NCBI GenBank assembly: GCA_030748415.1
Contig: JASMMA010000006.1
Coordinates: 94,978-158,977, forward strand
Direction of reading: 5' to 3'
From: Planctomycetota bacterium
GTDB taxonomy: Bacteria > Planctomycetota > UBA1135
Length of the DNA: 64,000 nucleotides
Shown here piece by piece: positions 46,545 to 56,273 of this stretch. The first letter of the stretch is position 1, and each line of letters opens with the position of its first letter. Both the position numbers and the translations under genes were made by a program. Under the pieces are notes generated by a model. The model was not told the DNA's origin and searched no databases. It saw nothing but the letters and a program-made list of their open reading frames with translations.

Positions 46545-47591
46545 ATGGTTTGTCTTCCCGCCCCCCGAATTTTTTTATTGCTTTTGTTTTTGTGCTTATC
46601 ATCTTGTGTGTCACATCGCAATGAAAATGCCCGCTGGCTTCACTTTCCTGGAGGTGAAGGGATTGGAGAAGGTTATCGAGTTGTTTTTGCTTCAGGTGAT
46701 GAGGAATATCGGTCGGAGGAATCCCTTCCGATGTTGGCCCGTCTACTTTCAGAGCACCATGGCTTTGAGACAGTTGTTTTATTTTCCCAAGATCCTGAAA
46801 CGGGAATGGTGAATCCCGACAATTTGTCTAATATTCCTGGAATCAAGCAGATTAGGGATGCAGATCTTTTTGTGATGCAATGGAGATTTCGCGAATTGCC
46901 CGATGAGGATATGAAGGTTGTTCTGGACTATATTGAATCCGGAAAGCCAATCATCGGAATCCGGACTTCAACACATGCATTCAATTACATCAAGAATCCA
47001 TCTAGTCAGTATGCGAAGTGGAGTTGGAAAAGTGAAGAGCCCTCGGGTGGATTTGGTAGAGAAATTTTTGGCGAGACTTGGATTGCACATCATGGTAAGC
47101 ATGGCAAACAGGCTACGCGGGGAGTTATTGCAAAGGCCAATTCAAGGCACCCCGTTCTGCGTGGTGTCAAGGATGTCTTTGGGCCAACTGATGTATACGC
47201 CATTCGGAAATTGCCGGATGATGCCTTAGTACTACTAAACGGCGCGGTGCTTGAAGGAATGTCCCCTTCGTCTCCCATTCTTAAAAGCCCAAAGAATAAC
47301 CCGATGCACCCCGTAGCTTGGATTCGTAATCGACCGGTCTCTCAGGAAGGTACTCAGAGGGTTTTTGTGACTACAATGGGCGCAGCGCAAGATTGGTCTT
47401 GTGAGGATTTGAGGCGCTTGTTTATGAATGCCTCGGCTTGGTGCCTCCGGCTTGATGAGAACATTCCTGTCACGGGACTCGCCGCGGAAATGATAGGGCC
47501 TTGGGCTCCAACATCGTTTGGGTTTGGGGGTTACCGAAAGGGATATTACCCTGAGGATTATCGAGACGGCTCTCCTTGGGAATCCGATTAG
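46545..47591 (+). CDS. ThuA-like (class I glutamine-amidotransferase-fold) lipoprotein
   Basis: The lipobox is CLSSC. YRVVFASGDEEYRSEESLPMLARLL...DADLFVMQWRFRELPDEDMKVVLDYIESGKPIIGIRTSTHAF...HHGKHG is consistent with the trehalose-utilisation ThuA domain layout. This call rests on pattern only. Confidence 0.55.
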   Translation: MVCLPAPRIFLLLLFLCLSSCVSHRNENARWLHFPGGEGIGEGYRVVFASGDEEYRSEESLPMLARLLSEHHGFETVVLFSQDPETGMVNPDNLSNIPGIKQIRDADLFVMQWRFRELPDEDMKVVLDYIESGKPIIGIRTSTHAFNYIKNPSSQYAKWSWKSEEPSGGFGREIFGETWIAHHGKHGKQATRGVIAKANSRHPVLRGVKDVFGPTDVYAIRKLPDDALVLLNGAVLEGMSPSSPILKSPKNNPMHPVAWIRNRPVSQEGTQRVFVTTMGAAQDWSCEDLRRLFMNASAWCLRLDENIPVTGLAAEMIGPWAPTSFGFGGYRKGYYPEDYRDGSPWESD

Positions 47592-48931
47592 TCACCCAAA
47601 TCGTCTTGACCGTAAACATAACGGTTGAATAGAGTCTGAAGTTTACTATTTCCACTCTTTTCAATGAGGAAGGATTCCATTTCTTGAGTCGAGGCGGTTT
47701 GAAGCGCATTTTCCTTGAAGAAATCGCTCATGATTGAGCGGAGTTTTTTCTCTCCAATCAGGTGAGCTACTCGGGCGAAAAATTGAGCACCCTTGCCGTA
47801 AGATTGTCTGGCGGTGATTCGATTCCACGGGTTTGAGCCGCAAAGAGTGATTGCTTCCCCTGGTTTTGAGAAATCCATATGGGAGTAACGACCGCCATCC
47901 GCAAACCAAACATCCCAGGCCTCATCCCACCATGCGTCGTTTTGAGAGCGAGGTTTTACGCCGCGACCAAACCAACTGTGGAAAATCTCGTGCCGAATGG
48001 CGCCGTAGGCTGTTGTAGTGGCGCCGTCGTATTCCATGGAGCCAGAAGAGTCCCGCAAATAAACCGTGCAACGATCTCCATGAGGCCAAGGGCCAACGGT
48101 TTTGCTGAAATCTCGAAGGGCCTCAGACACTTTTTTATGGGCTGACTTCAGGGAGCCACTTGATTTCTTATCCTTAGCAATTGTGACTTTAATTTTTTGA
48201 TCCTTAACGCATTTGACTGTTTTTGTGGAGACTTCAATATCAGCTTTTGGGGCGATGACCAACATTGGGGAGAAGGCCGTTGTGTATTCGGGCCACCTAA
48301 GGCGCCAGCTGTGGCGGTCGAGTTCTTCCACATCGGCGTTTGTAAAAATCAAGTGCTCGTGCTTTGCATTCTTAAGTTGAAGCTCCAACTCAAAAGAAAA
48401 CCGGTCATAGATGAGATTTGCAGGAAACCACTGTTCTAGATAACGACCGGGCTTTAAGTCCGTGAAGTTCGTGCTGAAGAACAGACCATTTTCGCGTTTT
48501 AAGGCGCCGCGGGCAGCAGGCGCATCAGGAGCCTCAAGGTCGTAGGCCAGTTGCAGTATGCTTGGCGCACCTGCTTGGATTTCCCACTCAAGGAGGCGCA
48601 TGGTTCCAGATTGTGGACCCATGTCGAAAGTAGAAACCGTTTCAGGTTTGATGGGTTTCATGTCAAGGGTTGCAGAGCGAATGTTCTGACGAAGATCAAA
48701 AATGGGGTAACCTGTTTCCCCTACTTTAAAAACCAAGTCAGCTGTGGCTTCTTTGGTTCGAGCCTCAAGGTCAAAAATAAGAGTGGCAGAAAGGGACTGG
48801 ATATCCATTGGAACGCCGAGCAGGCCATCTACTTCTCGAGCGGGTGGGGCAAAAGAGAGGTCGTCCGAGAGATTATCTTGGAGAGGCCAAAGGCCAACTG
48901 CGAGGGCTACGATGGGGAGTATCATCCCCAT
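47588..48931 (-). CDS. secreted M1-like gluzincin peptidase candidate
   Basis: The signal is MGMILPIVALAVGLWP. HEIFHSWFG is followed by exactly 18 residues and then Glu in WWDEAW (HExxH-x18-E). The stop overlaps the convergent ThuA-like gene by 4 nt. Confidence 0.7.
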   Translation of the reverse strand: MGMILPIVALAVGLWPLQDNLSDDLSFAPPAREVDGLLGVPMDIQSLSATLIFDLEARTKEATADLVFKVGETGYPIFDLRQNIRSATLDMKPIKPETVSTFDMGPQSGTMRLLEWEIQAGAPSILQLAYDLEAPDAPAARGALKRENGLFFSTNFTDLKPGRYLEQWFPANLIYDRFSFELELQLKNAKHEHLIFTNADVEELDRHSWRLRWPEYTTAFSPMLVIAPKADIEVSTKTVKCVKDQKIKVTIAKDKKSSGSLKSAHKKVSEALRDFSKTVGPWPHGDRCTVYLRDSSGSMEYDGATTTAYGAIRHEIFHSWFGRGVKPRSQNDAWWDEAWDVWFADGGRYSHMDFSKPGEAITLCGSNPWNRITARQSYGKGAQFFARVAHLIGEKKLRSIMSDFFKENALQTASTQEMESFLIEKSGNSKLQTLFNRYVYGQDDLGD

Positions 48932-48979
48932 ATCCTAAACAAAATTAGCTTGGAGTTCTGAGAGTCGTAAACTGTTCTT

Positions 48980-49222
48980 ATGGATCCCGTCATCTTGCTC
49001 ATTGTTCTGGCTGGCATCTTATTGCTTGCCTTGACTTGGCTTCGGCCCGGAAATGTTGCGAAGTGGGTGTTTTCATTAGTGGGGTTTTTGCTCATCCTGC
49101 AGGGGAGTCTCGGGGCTCTCCATGCTTGGGGCGAATCTCAGCAAATCGGTTGGATCCTTGGGTGGGTACTCGTTGTAATTTTGTTTTGCATTTTGATTCC
49201 ATTGAGATGGCGACGTCATTGA
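48980..49222 (+). CDS. small (80-aa) membrane protein, 3 predicted TM segments
   Basis: Three hydrophobic stretches are present: ILLIVLAGILLLALTWL, WVFSLVGFLLILQGSLGAL and IGWILGWVLVVILFCILI. It ends in a basic tail (RWRRH). No homology was recognised. Confidence 0.45.
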   Translation: MDPVILLIVLAGILLLALTWLRPGNVAKWVFSLVGFLLILQGSLGALHAWGESQQIGWILGWVLVVILFCILIPLRWRRH

Positions 49223-49261
49223 TGGAAAAGTGGATTGAATGGGGTGGCAGAGTTATATTAA

Positions 49262-49362
49262 GTTGGTCATCCAGATGAGCTGAGGGATAGGCCCTTTGAA
49301 GCTCGGCCAACCTGCCGAAAGGTATGGTGGCAATACCTACGCAAAAGCGAATGATGGCGATA
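49262..49362 (+). promoter_or_regulatory. SAM-I (S-box)-like riboswitch aptamer upstream of the yitJ-like/metH operon
   Basis: The P1 helix is GUCAUC (49266-49271) paired with GAUGGC (49353-58). Conserved S-box strings appear in the correct order: GAGGGA, GGCCC..UGAAG, GGC(C)AACC, GGUG(G)CAAU(A)CC, a short P4 (CGC-AAAA-GCG), then the closing AUGAUGG. The downstream gene is the same fusion type as B. subtilis yitJ, a classic S-box gene. Confidence 0.7.
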
Positions 49363-49391
49363 CGGGCTCTGCTCTCTTCGCCGCCGAGTCC

Positions 49392-51272
49392 ATGAATAGC
49401 CCTCTTACCCCACCCGAAAGTGACCGCCCAAGCCTGGCGCAGGTCCTCGCGCGCGAAGTTCTTGTTTTTGACGGTGCTATGGGCACTCAACTGAACAATC
49501 GAGGGCTCCCTTTTGACCGATGTTTTGAATTAGCGAGCCTAGAACATCCTGAGTGGGTAGAGGCCATTCATAAAGAATTTATTGAGGCAGGCGCTAGCGG
49601 AATTCACACGAACACTTTCGCAGCGAATACCTTTAAGTTGGGTCGCCATGGTTTGGATAATCGCATGCAGGAGTTGTTGAGGGCAAGTGTCGAATGTGCG
49701 CAGACAGCTGCGGCGCAAGATACTTGGGTGGTTGGTGCTGTTGGACCATTGGGGGTGGAGATTGAACCCCTTGGCCGATTGGGTCGCCATGAAGCCCGCG
49801 AGGAATTTATTGAAGTTGTCTCTTGCTTGGCGGAGTCAGGAGTTCATGCGATTTCTTTTGAAACCTTTTCATCTTCCGCTGAATTGGTTGAAGCCGTATC
49901 TGCCGCTAAAGGTGTTTGCGACTTGCCGGTGTTTGCTCATCTTGCAGTGAACCGTGAAGCCAAAACTATGTATGGAACGGATTTGGCCTCAGCTGCTCAA
50001 CGATTGGAAAACGCTGGAGCCGATATTTTGGGAGTCAATTGTTCAGGCGGTCCTCGCATGATTTTGAATGCAGCAAGAGAAATGCTTGCCGCCACCGCCA
50101 TTCCAGTCTCCGCAAGACCGAATGCAGGGGTTCCCCGCCAAATGGATGGCCGGGTTTTCTATGAAAACAATCCCGATTACTTTGCGCGGTTTGCGCGGAG
50201 GTTTTTGCAGGCAGGCGGCCGAATGTTAGGCGGCTGTTGTGGGACAACTTCTGAGCACATTCGGGCAATGGCGCAAGCTGTGCGGGCTGTTGGAGCCCAA
50301 GAGAAGGGAGTGGTCGAAGCTCCAATAATTGCTTCCAAAGAAGTTGAACGACCACAAAAGCCGATGCCCCTGCGCGCGCGTTCGGGGTTCGGGCGTTTGC
50401 TTGCCGATGGAGCCTGCCCTGTGAGCGTTGAACTTGTTCCTCCAAAAACACCCGATATGGATTTGCTCCGTCAGTCCGCGCGGGAATTGAAAGCCGCCGG
50501 CGCAGACCTCATCAATTTGCCAGATGGCCCTCGCGCATCGGCACGAGTTAGCAATATGGCGTCCGCGACGGTTCTACAAAAAGAAGCCGGCGTAGAAACG
50601 CTTCTGCATTTTTGTTGTCGAGATCGAAACTTGCTCGGAATGCAATCCGATTTGATGGGGGCAGAGGCTTTGGGCTTGCGGAATTTGTTGGTGATTACCG
50701 GCGATCCTCCATACCAAGGAAATTATCCCGATTTGACAGCAGTTTTTGATGTAGATTCAATTGGTCTGTGCAATATCATCGACAATCTCAATCACGGTCT
50801 AGATTTGGGGGGGAATGTTCTGGACACCCAAACTCATTTCACCTTTGGTGCGGCATTGAATCCAACAGCTTTGGATTTGAATCGAGAAATGGAACGGTTT
50901 GCTTGGAAAGTTGATGCGGGCGTTGACTTTGCTGTGACTCAGCCCATTTTCGATTTGGAGGGCTTTTTGGATTTCATGAAGTCTCTGCCCCATAATTCGC
51001 CGCCCATTATGGCAGGCATTTGGCCCTTGCGCTCCCTTCGGAATGCCGAGTTTTTAGCCTCGGAGGTCCCTGGAGTTGAAATCCCAGACTCTATTCTTGA
51101 AGAAATGCGCCAGGCTCACGAAGCTGGTGTAGATCAAGAATGTGGTTTGGAAATTGCTCGTCGTACCGTTGTTGAACTTCATGGGAAAGTGGGAGGCTTC
51201 CAAATTGCCGCCCCGTTCAATAAAGTTGCCGCACCTATTGCCCTTTTGGAAACCATTGCTGAACTTCGATGA
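49392..51272 (+). CDS. bifunctional homocysteine S-methyltransferase domain / 5,10-methylenetetrahydrofolate reductase (YitJ-like)
   Basis: The start is re-set to Met33 (ATG 49392) because the track start lies inside the riboswitch. The N-terminal Hcy-binding domain reads VLVFDGAMGTQL...GGCCGTTSEHI. The C-terminal MetF domain reads VSVELVPPKT...LLHFCCRDRN...LLVITGDPP. Confidence 0.88.
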   Translation: MNSPLTPPESDRPSLAQVLAREVLVFDGAMGTQLNNRGLPFDRCFELASLEHPEWVEAIHKEFIEAGASGIHTNTFAANTFKLGRHGLDNRMQELLRASVECAQTAAAQDTWVVGAVGPLGVEIEPLGRLGRHEAREEFIEVVSCLAESGVHAISFETFSSSAELVEAVSAAKGVCDLPVFAHLAVNREAKTMYGTDLASAAQRLENAGADILGVNCSGGPRMILNAAREMLAATAIPVSARPNAGVPRQMDGRVFYENNPDYFARFARRFLQAGGRMLGGCCGTTSEHIRAMAQAVRAVGAQEKGVVEAPIIASKEVERPQKPMPLRARSGFGRLLADGACPVSVELVPPKTPDMDLLRQSARELKAAGADLINLPDGPRASARVSNMASATVLQKEAGVETLLHFCCRDRNLLGMQSDLMGAEALGLRNLLVITGDPPYQGNYPDLTAVFDVDSIGLCNIIDNLNHGLDLGGNVLDTQTHFTFGAALNPTALDLNREMERFAWKVDAGVDFAVTQPIFDLEGFLDFMKSLPHNSPPIMAGIWPLRSLRNAEFLASEVPGVEIPDSILEEMRQAHEAGVDQECGLEIARRTVVELHGKVGGFQIAAPFNKVAAPIALLETIAELR

Positions 51273-54200
51273 GGACCCCTGCGGAGAATGACCCCTTTTT
51301 AAGCGCGCTGCGGAAGCGCATCCTGGTTTTGGATGGCGCAATGGGGACCTTTATCCAGGCAGAAGGTCTGAGTGGCAATAATGATGACTTCAGTCGGACT
51401 CATCCCGAAGTCATTGCCAAGATACATCAGAGTTACATAGATGCGGGCGCTGATGTCATCGAAACGAATACTTTTGGAGCCAATCGAATATCTCAGGCCG
51501 ATTACGGGCTTGAGGAGGCTTGTTATGAAATGAACCTCTCGGCGGCTCAGATTGCACGCAAAGTCGCGGATGCCGCGACGGAGTCGAATCCAGACCAGCC
51601 TCGGTTTGTTGCGGGTTCTATGGGTCCTACCAATCGAACCGCTTCCATGTCCTCTGATGTTGAAGATCCAGGTGCCCGCGCAGTTCTTTTTGAAGAGCTT
51701 GTCGAAGCGTACGCTGAACAGGCGAAGGGATTACTGGATGGGGGCTGTGACTTGCTATTGGTTGAAACAGTTTTTGACACTTTAAATTGTAAGGCCGCAC
51801 TATTTGCCATTGATTCTCTTTTTGAAGAGCGCGAGGAAGCCGCTCCGGTAGTGGTGAGTGGAACTGTGACCGATGCAAGTGGGCGGACATTGAGCGGACA
51901 AACCGTTTCTGCATTTTGGGCTTCAGTTTCACACTTCCCACTCACCGCGATTGGCTTTAATTGTGCTTTGGGCCCTGAACAGATGCGACCGCACCTATCA
52001 GAAATTTCCGAGCTCGCACATTGTGCTACTGCCTGTTATCCCAACGCAGGCCTACCCAATGAGTTGGGCGGATATGACTTGGGTCCTGAGGAAATGGCCG
52101 CTCAAATTCGAGAGTTTGGAGAGGCTGGCCTTCTTAACTTGGTTGGTGGTTGCTGCGGTACAACTCCAGCCCATATCGCGGCAATGAAAAATGCGGTTGC
52201 TGACATTGCGCCTCGTGCGATACCAGCCCGAAAGGGTACCCCAATCCTGAGCGGATTGGAATGTCTGGAGTTTCGTGACAACCTTAACTTTGTAAATATT
52301 GGGGAGCGTTGCAATGTTGCTGGATCTCGAAGATTTGCTCGGTTGATTCGCGAGGAAAGTTACGAAGAAGCGCTGGAGGTTGCCCGCCTTCAGGTCGAAA
52401 ATGGTGCCCAAATATTGGACATTTGTATGGATGACGGATTATTGGAATCTGCTTCATGCATGCGAAAGTTTTTAAACCTGCTTATGGCAGACCCTGACAT
52501 ATGTTGTGTCCCGGTTATGTTGGACTCTAGTGATTGGCGCGTTATTGAGGAAGGCCTTCGTGCTGTTCAGGGCCGTTGCGTAGTGAACTCCTTAAGTTTG
52601 AAGGATGGTGAAGCAGAGTTTCTTCGAAGAGCCCAATTGGTGAAGCGGTATGGCGCTTCGGTTGTCGTGATGGCCTTTGACGAAGAGGGGCAAGCTGTTG
52701 ATGTGGATCGACGAATCGAAATCGTAGAACGGGCAAGGGGCCTTCTTTTGGATGTGGGCTTCTATCAAGATGAAATTGTGTTCGATTTAAACATCCTTGC
52801 TGTTGCAACGGGGATGGAAGAGCACAACCCATATGCTGTGTCTTTTTTGGAATCCACGAAGCTACTTTCGGAACGCTATCCGGGCCTCCTCTTGAGCGGC
52901 GGCGTCTCCAATTTATCTTTCTCCTTTCGCGGAGCCGACCGAGTTCGCGAGGCCATGCATTCGGTATTCCTTTACCATGCGATTCAAGCTGGTCTCAGGC
53001 TGGGTATTGTTCACGCCGGCCAACTTGCGCTCTATGAAGACATTCCTGCGGACTTGAGGACATTGTCCGAGGCGGTTGTTTTGAATCAGCACCCAGATGC
53101 CGGTGCCCAACTTCTTCAGTGGGCCCAGGAGCACTCTGGTGATGCTTGTTCGAGAAAAGAGACAAAAGAGGCTGCTTGGCGAGGCCTTCCTCCTGCCAAA
53201 CGTTTGGCACAGGCTCTGGTTTCTGGTCAGGACTCTTTCTTGGAGGAAGACTTGCCCCCCGCATTAGAAGACTCGGGGAGTGCGCTTGCTGTGATTGAAG
53301 GACCATTGATGACTGGAATGAATCAAGTTGGGGAACTCTTTGCCAGTGGACGAATGTTCTTGCCCCAAGTTGTGAAGAGCGCCCGAGTCATGAAGAAGGC
53401 CGTGGCTTGGTTGCAGCCTTACCTTGAAGAGGGGGAGAGTGGGACACCACATTCTCGCGGCACCATCTTGTTGGCAACTGTGAAAGGAGATGTGCACGAC
53501 ATTGGCAAAAACATTGCTTCCGTTGTGCTCGCTTGCAACGGATACAAGATAGTTGATTTAGGGGTTATGGTGACATGCGAAGACATTTTGAAAGGCGCAT
53601 ATGATTGTAAGGCGGACCTGATTGGTTTGAGTGGATTGATTACTCCATCACTTTCTGAGATGGAACACGTAGCTTCGGAAATGGTGCGTGTAGGGCTAAA
53701 TGTTCCTCTTTTGATTGGCGGTGCAACTACAAGTAATACTCATACGGCAATCAAAATATCTCCACTGAAGCCTGATGTTGTTCAGGTTTCAGACGCATCT
53801 CAGGCAGTGGGTGTTGTTGCCGCTCTCGTAGGAGAAGACCCCAATTCTTTCATTGCCAAGCAGATTGAGTTTCACTCGAAAATTCGGGCAGAACGAGAAG
53901 GCCGAGAGGAAAGAGTTGTTCTGACTTTGGAAGAGGCACGGAAACGAGCGGTGGTTTTATCAGGGCCTCCGCCTCCGCCACCTAGCTTTCTTGGAACAAA
54001 GTCCCTGGACGCACTTCCGTTTCGAATTATTTCGGAGTTCATAGATTGGCGTCCATTTTTTCAAGCTTGGGAAATTAAAAATCCAAGGTCGAGTGCAGGT
54101 GAGGAACTTTTTGAAAACGCTCAAACCATGTTGGATGAACTTTTGGCCGCCGGAAGCCTTCGGGGGCGTGCCACATTCGGATTTTGGGAAGCTTGTTCTG

Positions 54201-54751
54201 AATTGGAAGAAGTCCATTTGTCCAAGGCCGAATTACCTGTCCTTCTTTTCCCGAGGCAACTTCGGGATGGGGGAAAGAATCGACCAAACCGCTGCCTTGC
54301 AGATTTTATTTCCAATAGCCCTGGCGACCACCTTGGGGCTTTCGCTGTAACTTCTGGTCTTGGCCTAGAGGAACTTGTTTTGAGCGCCGAAGAGCAAAAT
54401 GATGATTACCGTGCATTGCTCTTGAAGACGATTGCCGATCGCCTTGCGGAAGCTTCTGCGGAGTGGTTGCACTTCCAGGTTCGCACGAAATTTTGGGGTT
54501 ATGCTCCCAATGAAGTTTTAGAGCAGAGCAATCTTCTTAAAGAAAAATACCAAGGGATTCGTCCTGCTCCAGGATATCCAGCGTGCCCGGACCTTGTTTT
54601 AAACCGTGACATTTTGGCACTTCTGGATGAAAGCGGCGCGGCAGGGCTTCAGGTTACCGACTCGAATGCACTTTTGCCGGCCTCCTCAGTATGTGGTTTC
54701 TACTTCGCACGACCCGAAGCACACTACTTTGGAATTGGCAAAAGCAGTTAG
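51269..54751 (+). CDS. metH: cobalamin-dependent methionine synthase
   Basis: All four modules are present: Hcy-binding ([24 protein letters not shown]), pterin-binding, the B12 cap plus Rossmann fold with [10 protein letters not shown], and the AdoMet reactivation domain ([13 protein letters not shown]). It spans 1160 aa, and its start overlaps the upstream stop (ATGA). Confidence 0.95.
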   Translation: MRTPAENDPFLSALRKRILVLDGAMGTFIQAEGLSGNNDDFSRTHPEVIAKIHQSYIDAGADVIETNTFGANRISQADYGLEEACYEMNLSAAQIARKVADAATESNPDQPRFVAGSMGPTNRTASMSSDVEDPGARAVLFEELVEAYAEQAKGLLDGGCDLLLVETVFDTLNCKAALFAIDSLFEEREEAAPVVVSGTVTDASGRTLSGQTVSAFWASVSHFPLTAIGFNCALGPEQMRPHLSEISELAHCATACYPNAGLPNELGGYDLGPEEMAAQIREFGEAGLLNLVGGCCGTTPAHIAAMKNAVADIAPRAIPARKGTPILSGLECLEFRDNLNFVNIGERCNVAGSRRFARLIREESYEEALEVARLQVENGAQILDICMDDGLLESASCMRKFLNLLMADPDICCVPVMLDSSDWRVIEEGLRAVQGRCVVNSLSLKDGEAEFLRRAQLVKRYGASVVVMAFDEEGQAVDVDRRIEIVERARGLLLDVGFYQDEIVFDLNILAVATGMEEHNPYAVSFLESTKLLSERYPGLLLSGGVSNLSFSFRGADRVREAMHSVFLYHAIQAGLRLGIVHAGQLALYEDIPADLRTLSEAVVLNQHPDAGAQLLQWAQEHSGDACSRKETKEAAWRGLPPAKRLAQALVSGQDSFLEEDLPPALEDSGSALAVIEGPLMTGMNQVGELFASGRMFLPQVVKSARVMKKAVAWLQPYLEEGESGTPHSRGTILLATVKGDVHDIGKNIASVVLACNGYKIVDLGVMVTCEDILKGAYDCKADLIGLSGLITPSLSEMEHVASEMVRVGLNVPLLIGGATTSNTHTAIKISPLKPDVVQVSDASQAVGVVAALVGEDPNSFIAKQIEFHSKIRAEREGREERVVLTLEEARKRAVVLSGPPPPPPSFLGTKSLDALPFRIISEFIDWRPFFQAWEIKNPRSSAGEELFENAQTMLDELLAAGSLRGRATFGFWEACSELEEVHLSKAELPVLLFPRQLRDGGKNRPNRCLADFISNSPGDHLGAFAVTSGLGLEELVLSAEEQNDDYRALLLKTIADRLAEASAEWLHFQVRTKFWGYAPNEVLEQSNLLKEKYQGIRPAPGYPACPDLVLNRDILALLDESGAAGLQVTDSNALLPASSVCGFYFARPEAHYFGIGKSS

Positions 54752-54993
54752 CTTTTCGATAACCGAATAATGTCCACGGGGCAACCATCCACTGCTATCT
54801 GAATGTCCTCGCGGTCCATCGCTAAGGCATCGGAACGAAAAAACCCCCGCTCGTCTACGCCACCCTTTAGAACGGCTAGGCCATCTTCGTTCATTTCGAA
54901 ATAAGAAGGGATTGTCTCCGCGCAAAGGCAGCAACCAATGCATTCAGATGCTTTATGTCGAATGACGCATTTCGATTGGTTTGTGGTCCGCAT
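54748..54993 (-). CDS. small [4Fe-4S]/[3Fe-4S]-type ferredoxin
   Basis: This 81-aa protein has C-x2-C-x2-C (CIGCCLC) plus a distal C-P (DGCP). It lies 2 nt downstream of the U32 gene. Confidence 0.65.
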   Translation of the reverse strand: MRTTNQSKCVIRHKASECIGCCLCAETIPSYFEMNEDGLAVLKGGVDERGFFRSDALAMDREDIQIAVDGCPVDIIRLSKS

Positions 54994-54995
54994 GA

Positions 54996-56273
54996 CTAAA
55001 CGGAAGTGCTTTCCAAACTTAGCATTCGATACAACTGGTCTCCGCGCCGAGCTTCGCCTTCGTGTGGGAAGGTGAGCTTGGATCCTTTGGGCGCTGTTTC
55101 GACTTGCCTCATTTCGGACCCGTTTTCAATACGCAGTTCAGAAACGATGCCCGTAACTGCGCCGGTAGTGTTCCCGACAATTACATATTCGTCGCCAACG
55201 GAGAAGTCCAAATCGCAGGAAGTGACTTCGACAACATTAAGTTTGGAGAACACATTGGAGATGACACCAATGCGTTCTTTCTGATGAGTGGCCTGATTTC
55301 CGCCGCTTGCCGCCCATCCTTGTTTTTGCCCGAGGTAATAGCCAGTAGAGAATCCTCGGTTGTAAACTTTTGCGAGCTCAGGTTTGAGAGACTCAGCAAG
55401 CTCTCTTGTGAATGAGCCCCCCATGGCTGCATCTAGAGCTTTGCGGTAGGCAGCAGTGACGCCACCAACATATTCTGGGGCACGCCCGCGCCCCTCGATT
55501 TTGAAAACTTGAATACCACTGGCAAGCATCTGGTCAAGAATGTCGATAGTTTGAATATCGTTCGGAGACATCACGAAGTTGTTGTCCACCAGAAGTTCTT
55601 CACCTGTGTCAGGATCTTTAACGATGTACTCTTTGCGACAATTCTGATCGCAGGCGCCACGGTTTGCCGAAGCATTTGAAGTATAAAGAGACATATTGCA
55701 GCGGCCGGAGACTGCAACGCAAAGAGCCCCATGCGCGAATGCTTCCAGTTCCATTAAGCGGCCTGATTTTCCACGGATTTCCTGGGAAAGAATTGCTTCG
55801 TGGACATTTTTAATCATGGGCAGGCTCAATTCGCGCGCCAAAACAATTCGGTCACAGTAGGGAGCGTAAAACTGAATAGACTCAACATTGGAAATAGAAA
55901 GTTGAGTGGATAAATGGCATTCGATTCCCAGGTCATGGGCCATTCTCATCGCGGCCATGTCTGAAACAATGACGGCGCTCACCGTTTCTTCGGCGGCAAG
56001 TTCCATCATGCGCCGGCAAAGAGGTAGGTCGTGGTCATAAAGAACCGTATTTAGGGCGAGAAAACTGCGTACATCGTTCTCGGCGCAGATGCGGCAAATT
56101 TCCCCGAGGTCCTTAAGTTCAAAACTTCGCCTGGAGCGCGCTCGCATATTGAGCTGAGCCAATCCAAAGTAAACAGCGTCGGCGCCATTTTTGATGGCGG
56201 CCCGAAGGGAGGGGAAGCAACCCGCTGGAGAGAGCAACTCAACTCCTGAATGAGCACTTTTGAGCCGGGTCAT
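54996..56273 (-). CDS. peptidase-U32-family Fe-S protein (RlhA/TrhP/UbiU-type candidate hydroxylase)
   Basis: The start is re-set to Met79 (cat at 56271-56273; ATGA overlap with the upstream stop). The U32 N-terminal barrel reads ELLSPAG...AIKNGADAVYFG. The four-Cys motif is C-x6-C-x15-C-x3-C (CVAVSGRCNMSLYTSNASANRGACDQNC). Confidence 0.88.
   Translation of the reverse strand: MTRLKSAHSGVELLSPAGCFPSLRAAIKNGADAVYFGLAQLNMRARSRRSFELKDLGEICRICAENDVRSFLALNTVLYDHDLPLCRRMMELAAEETVSAVIVSDMAAMRMAHDLGIECHLSTQLSISNVESIQFYAPYCDRIVLARELSLPMIKNVHEAILSQEIRGKSGRLMELEAFAHGALCVAVSGRCNMSLYTSNASANRGACDQNCRKEYIVKDPDTGEELLVDNNFVMSPNDIQTIDILDQMLASGIQVFKIEGRGRAPEYVGGVTAAYRKALDAAMGGSFTRELAESLKPELAKVYNRGFSTGYYLGQKQGWAASGGNQATHQKERIGVISNVFSKLNVVEVTSCDLDFSVGDEYVIVGNTTGAVTGIVSELRIENGSEMRQVETAPKGSKLTFPHEGEARRGDQLYRMLSLESTSV

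Noticed and set aside
49092-49490. 132-aa minus-strand ORF (and 49036-49278 plus-strand alternative frame) across the small membrane gene and the riboswitch
   Set aside because: It overlaps the better-supported 3-TM ORF and the SAM-I-like aptamer. No motif or signal was seen.
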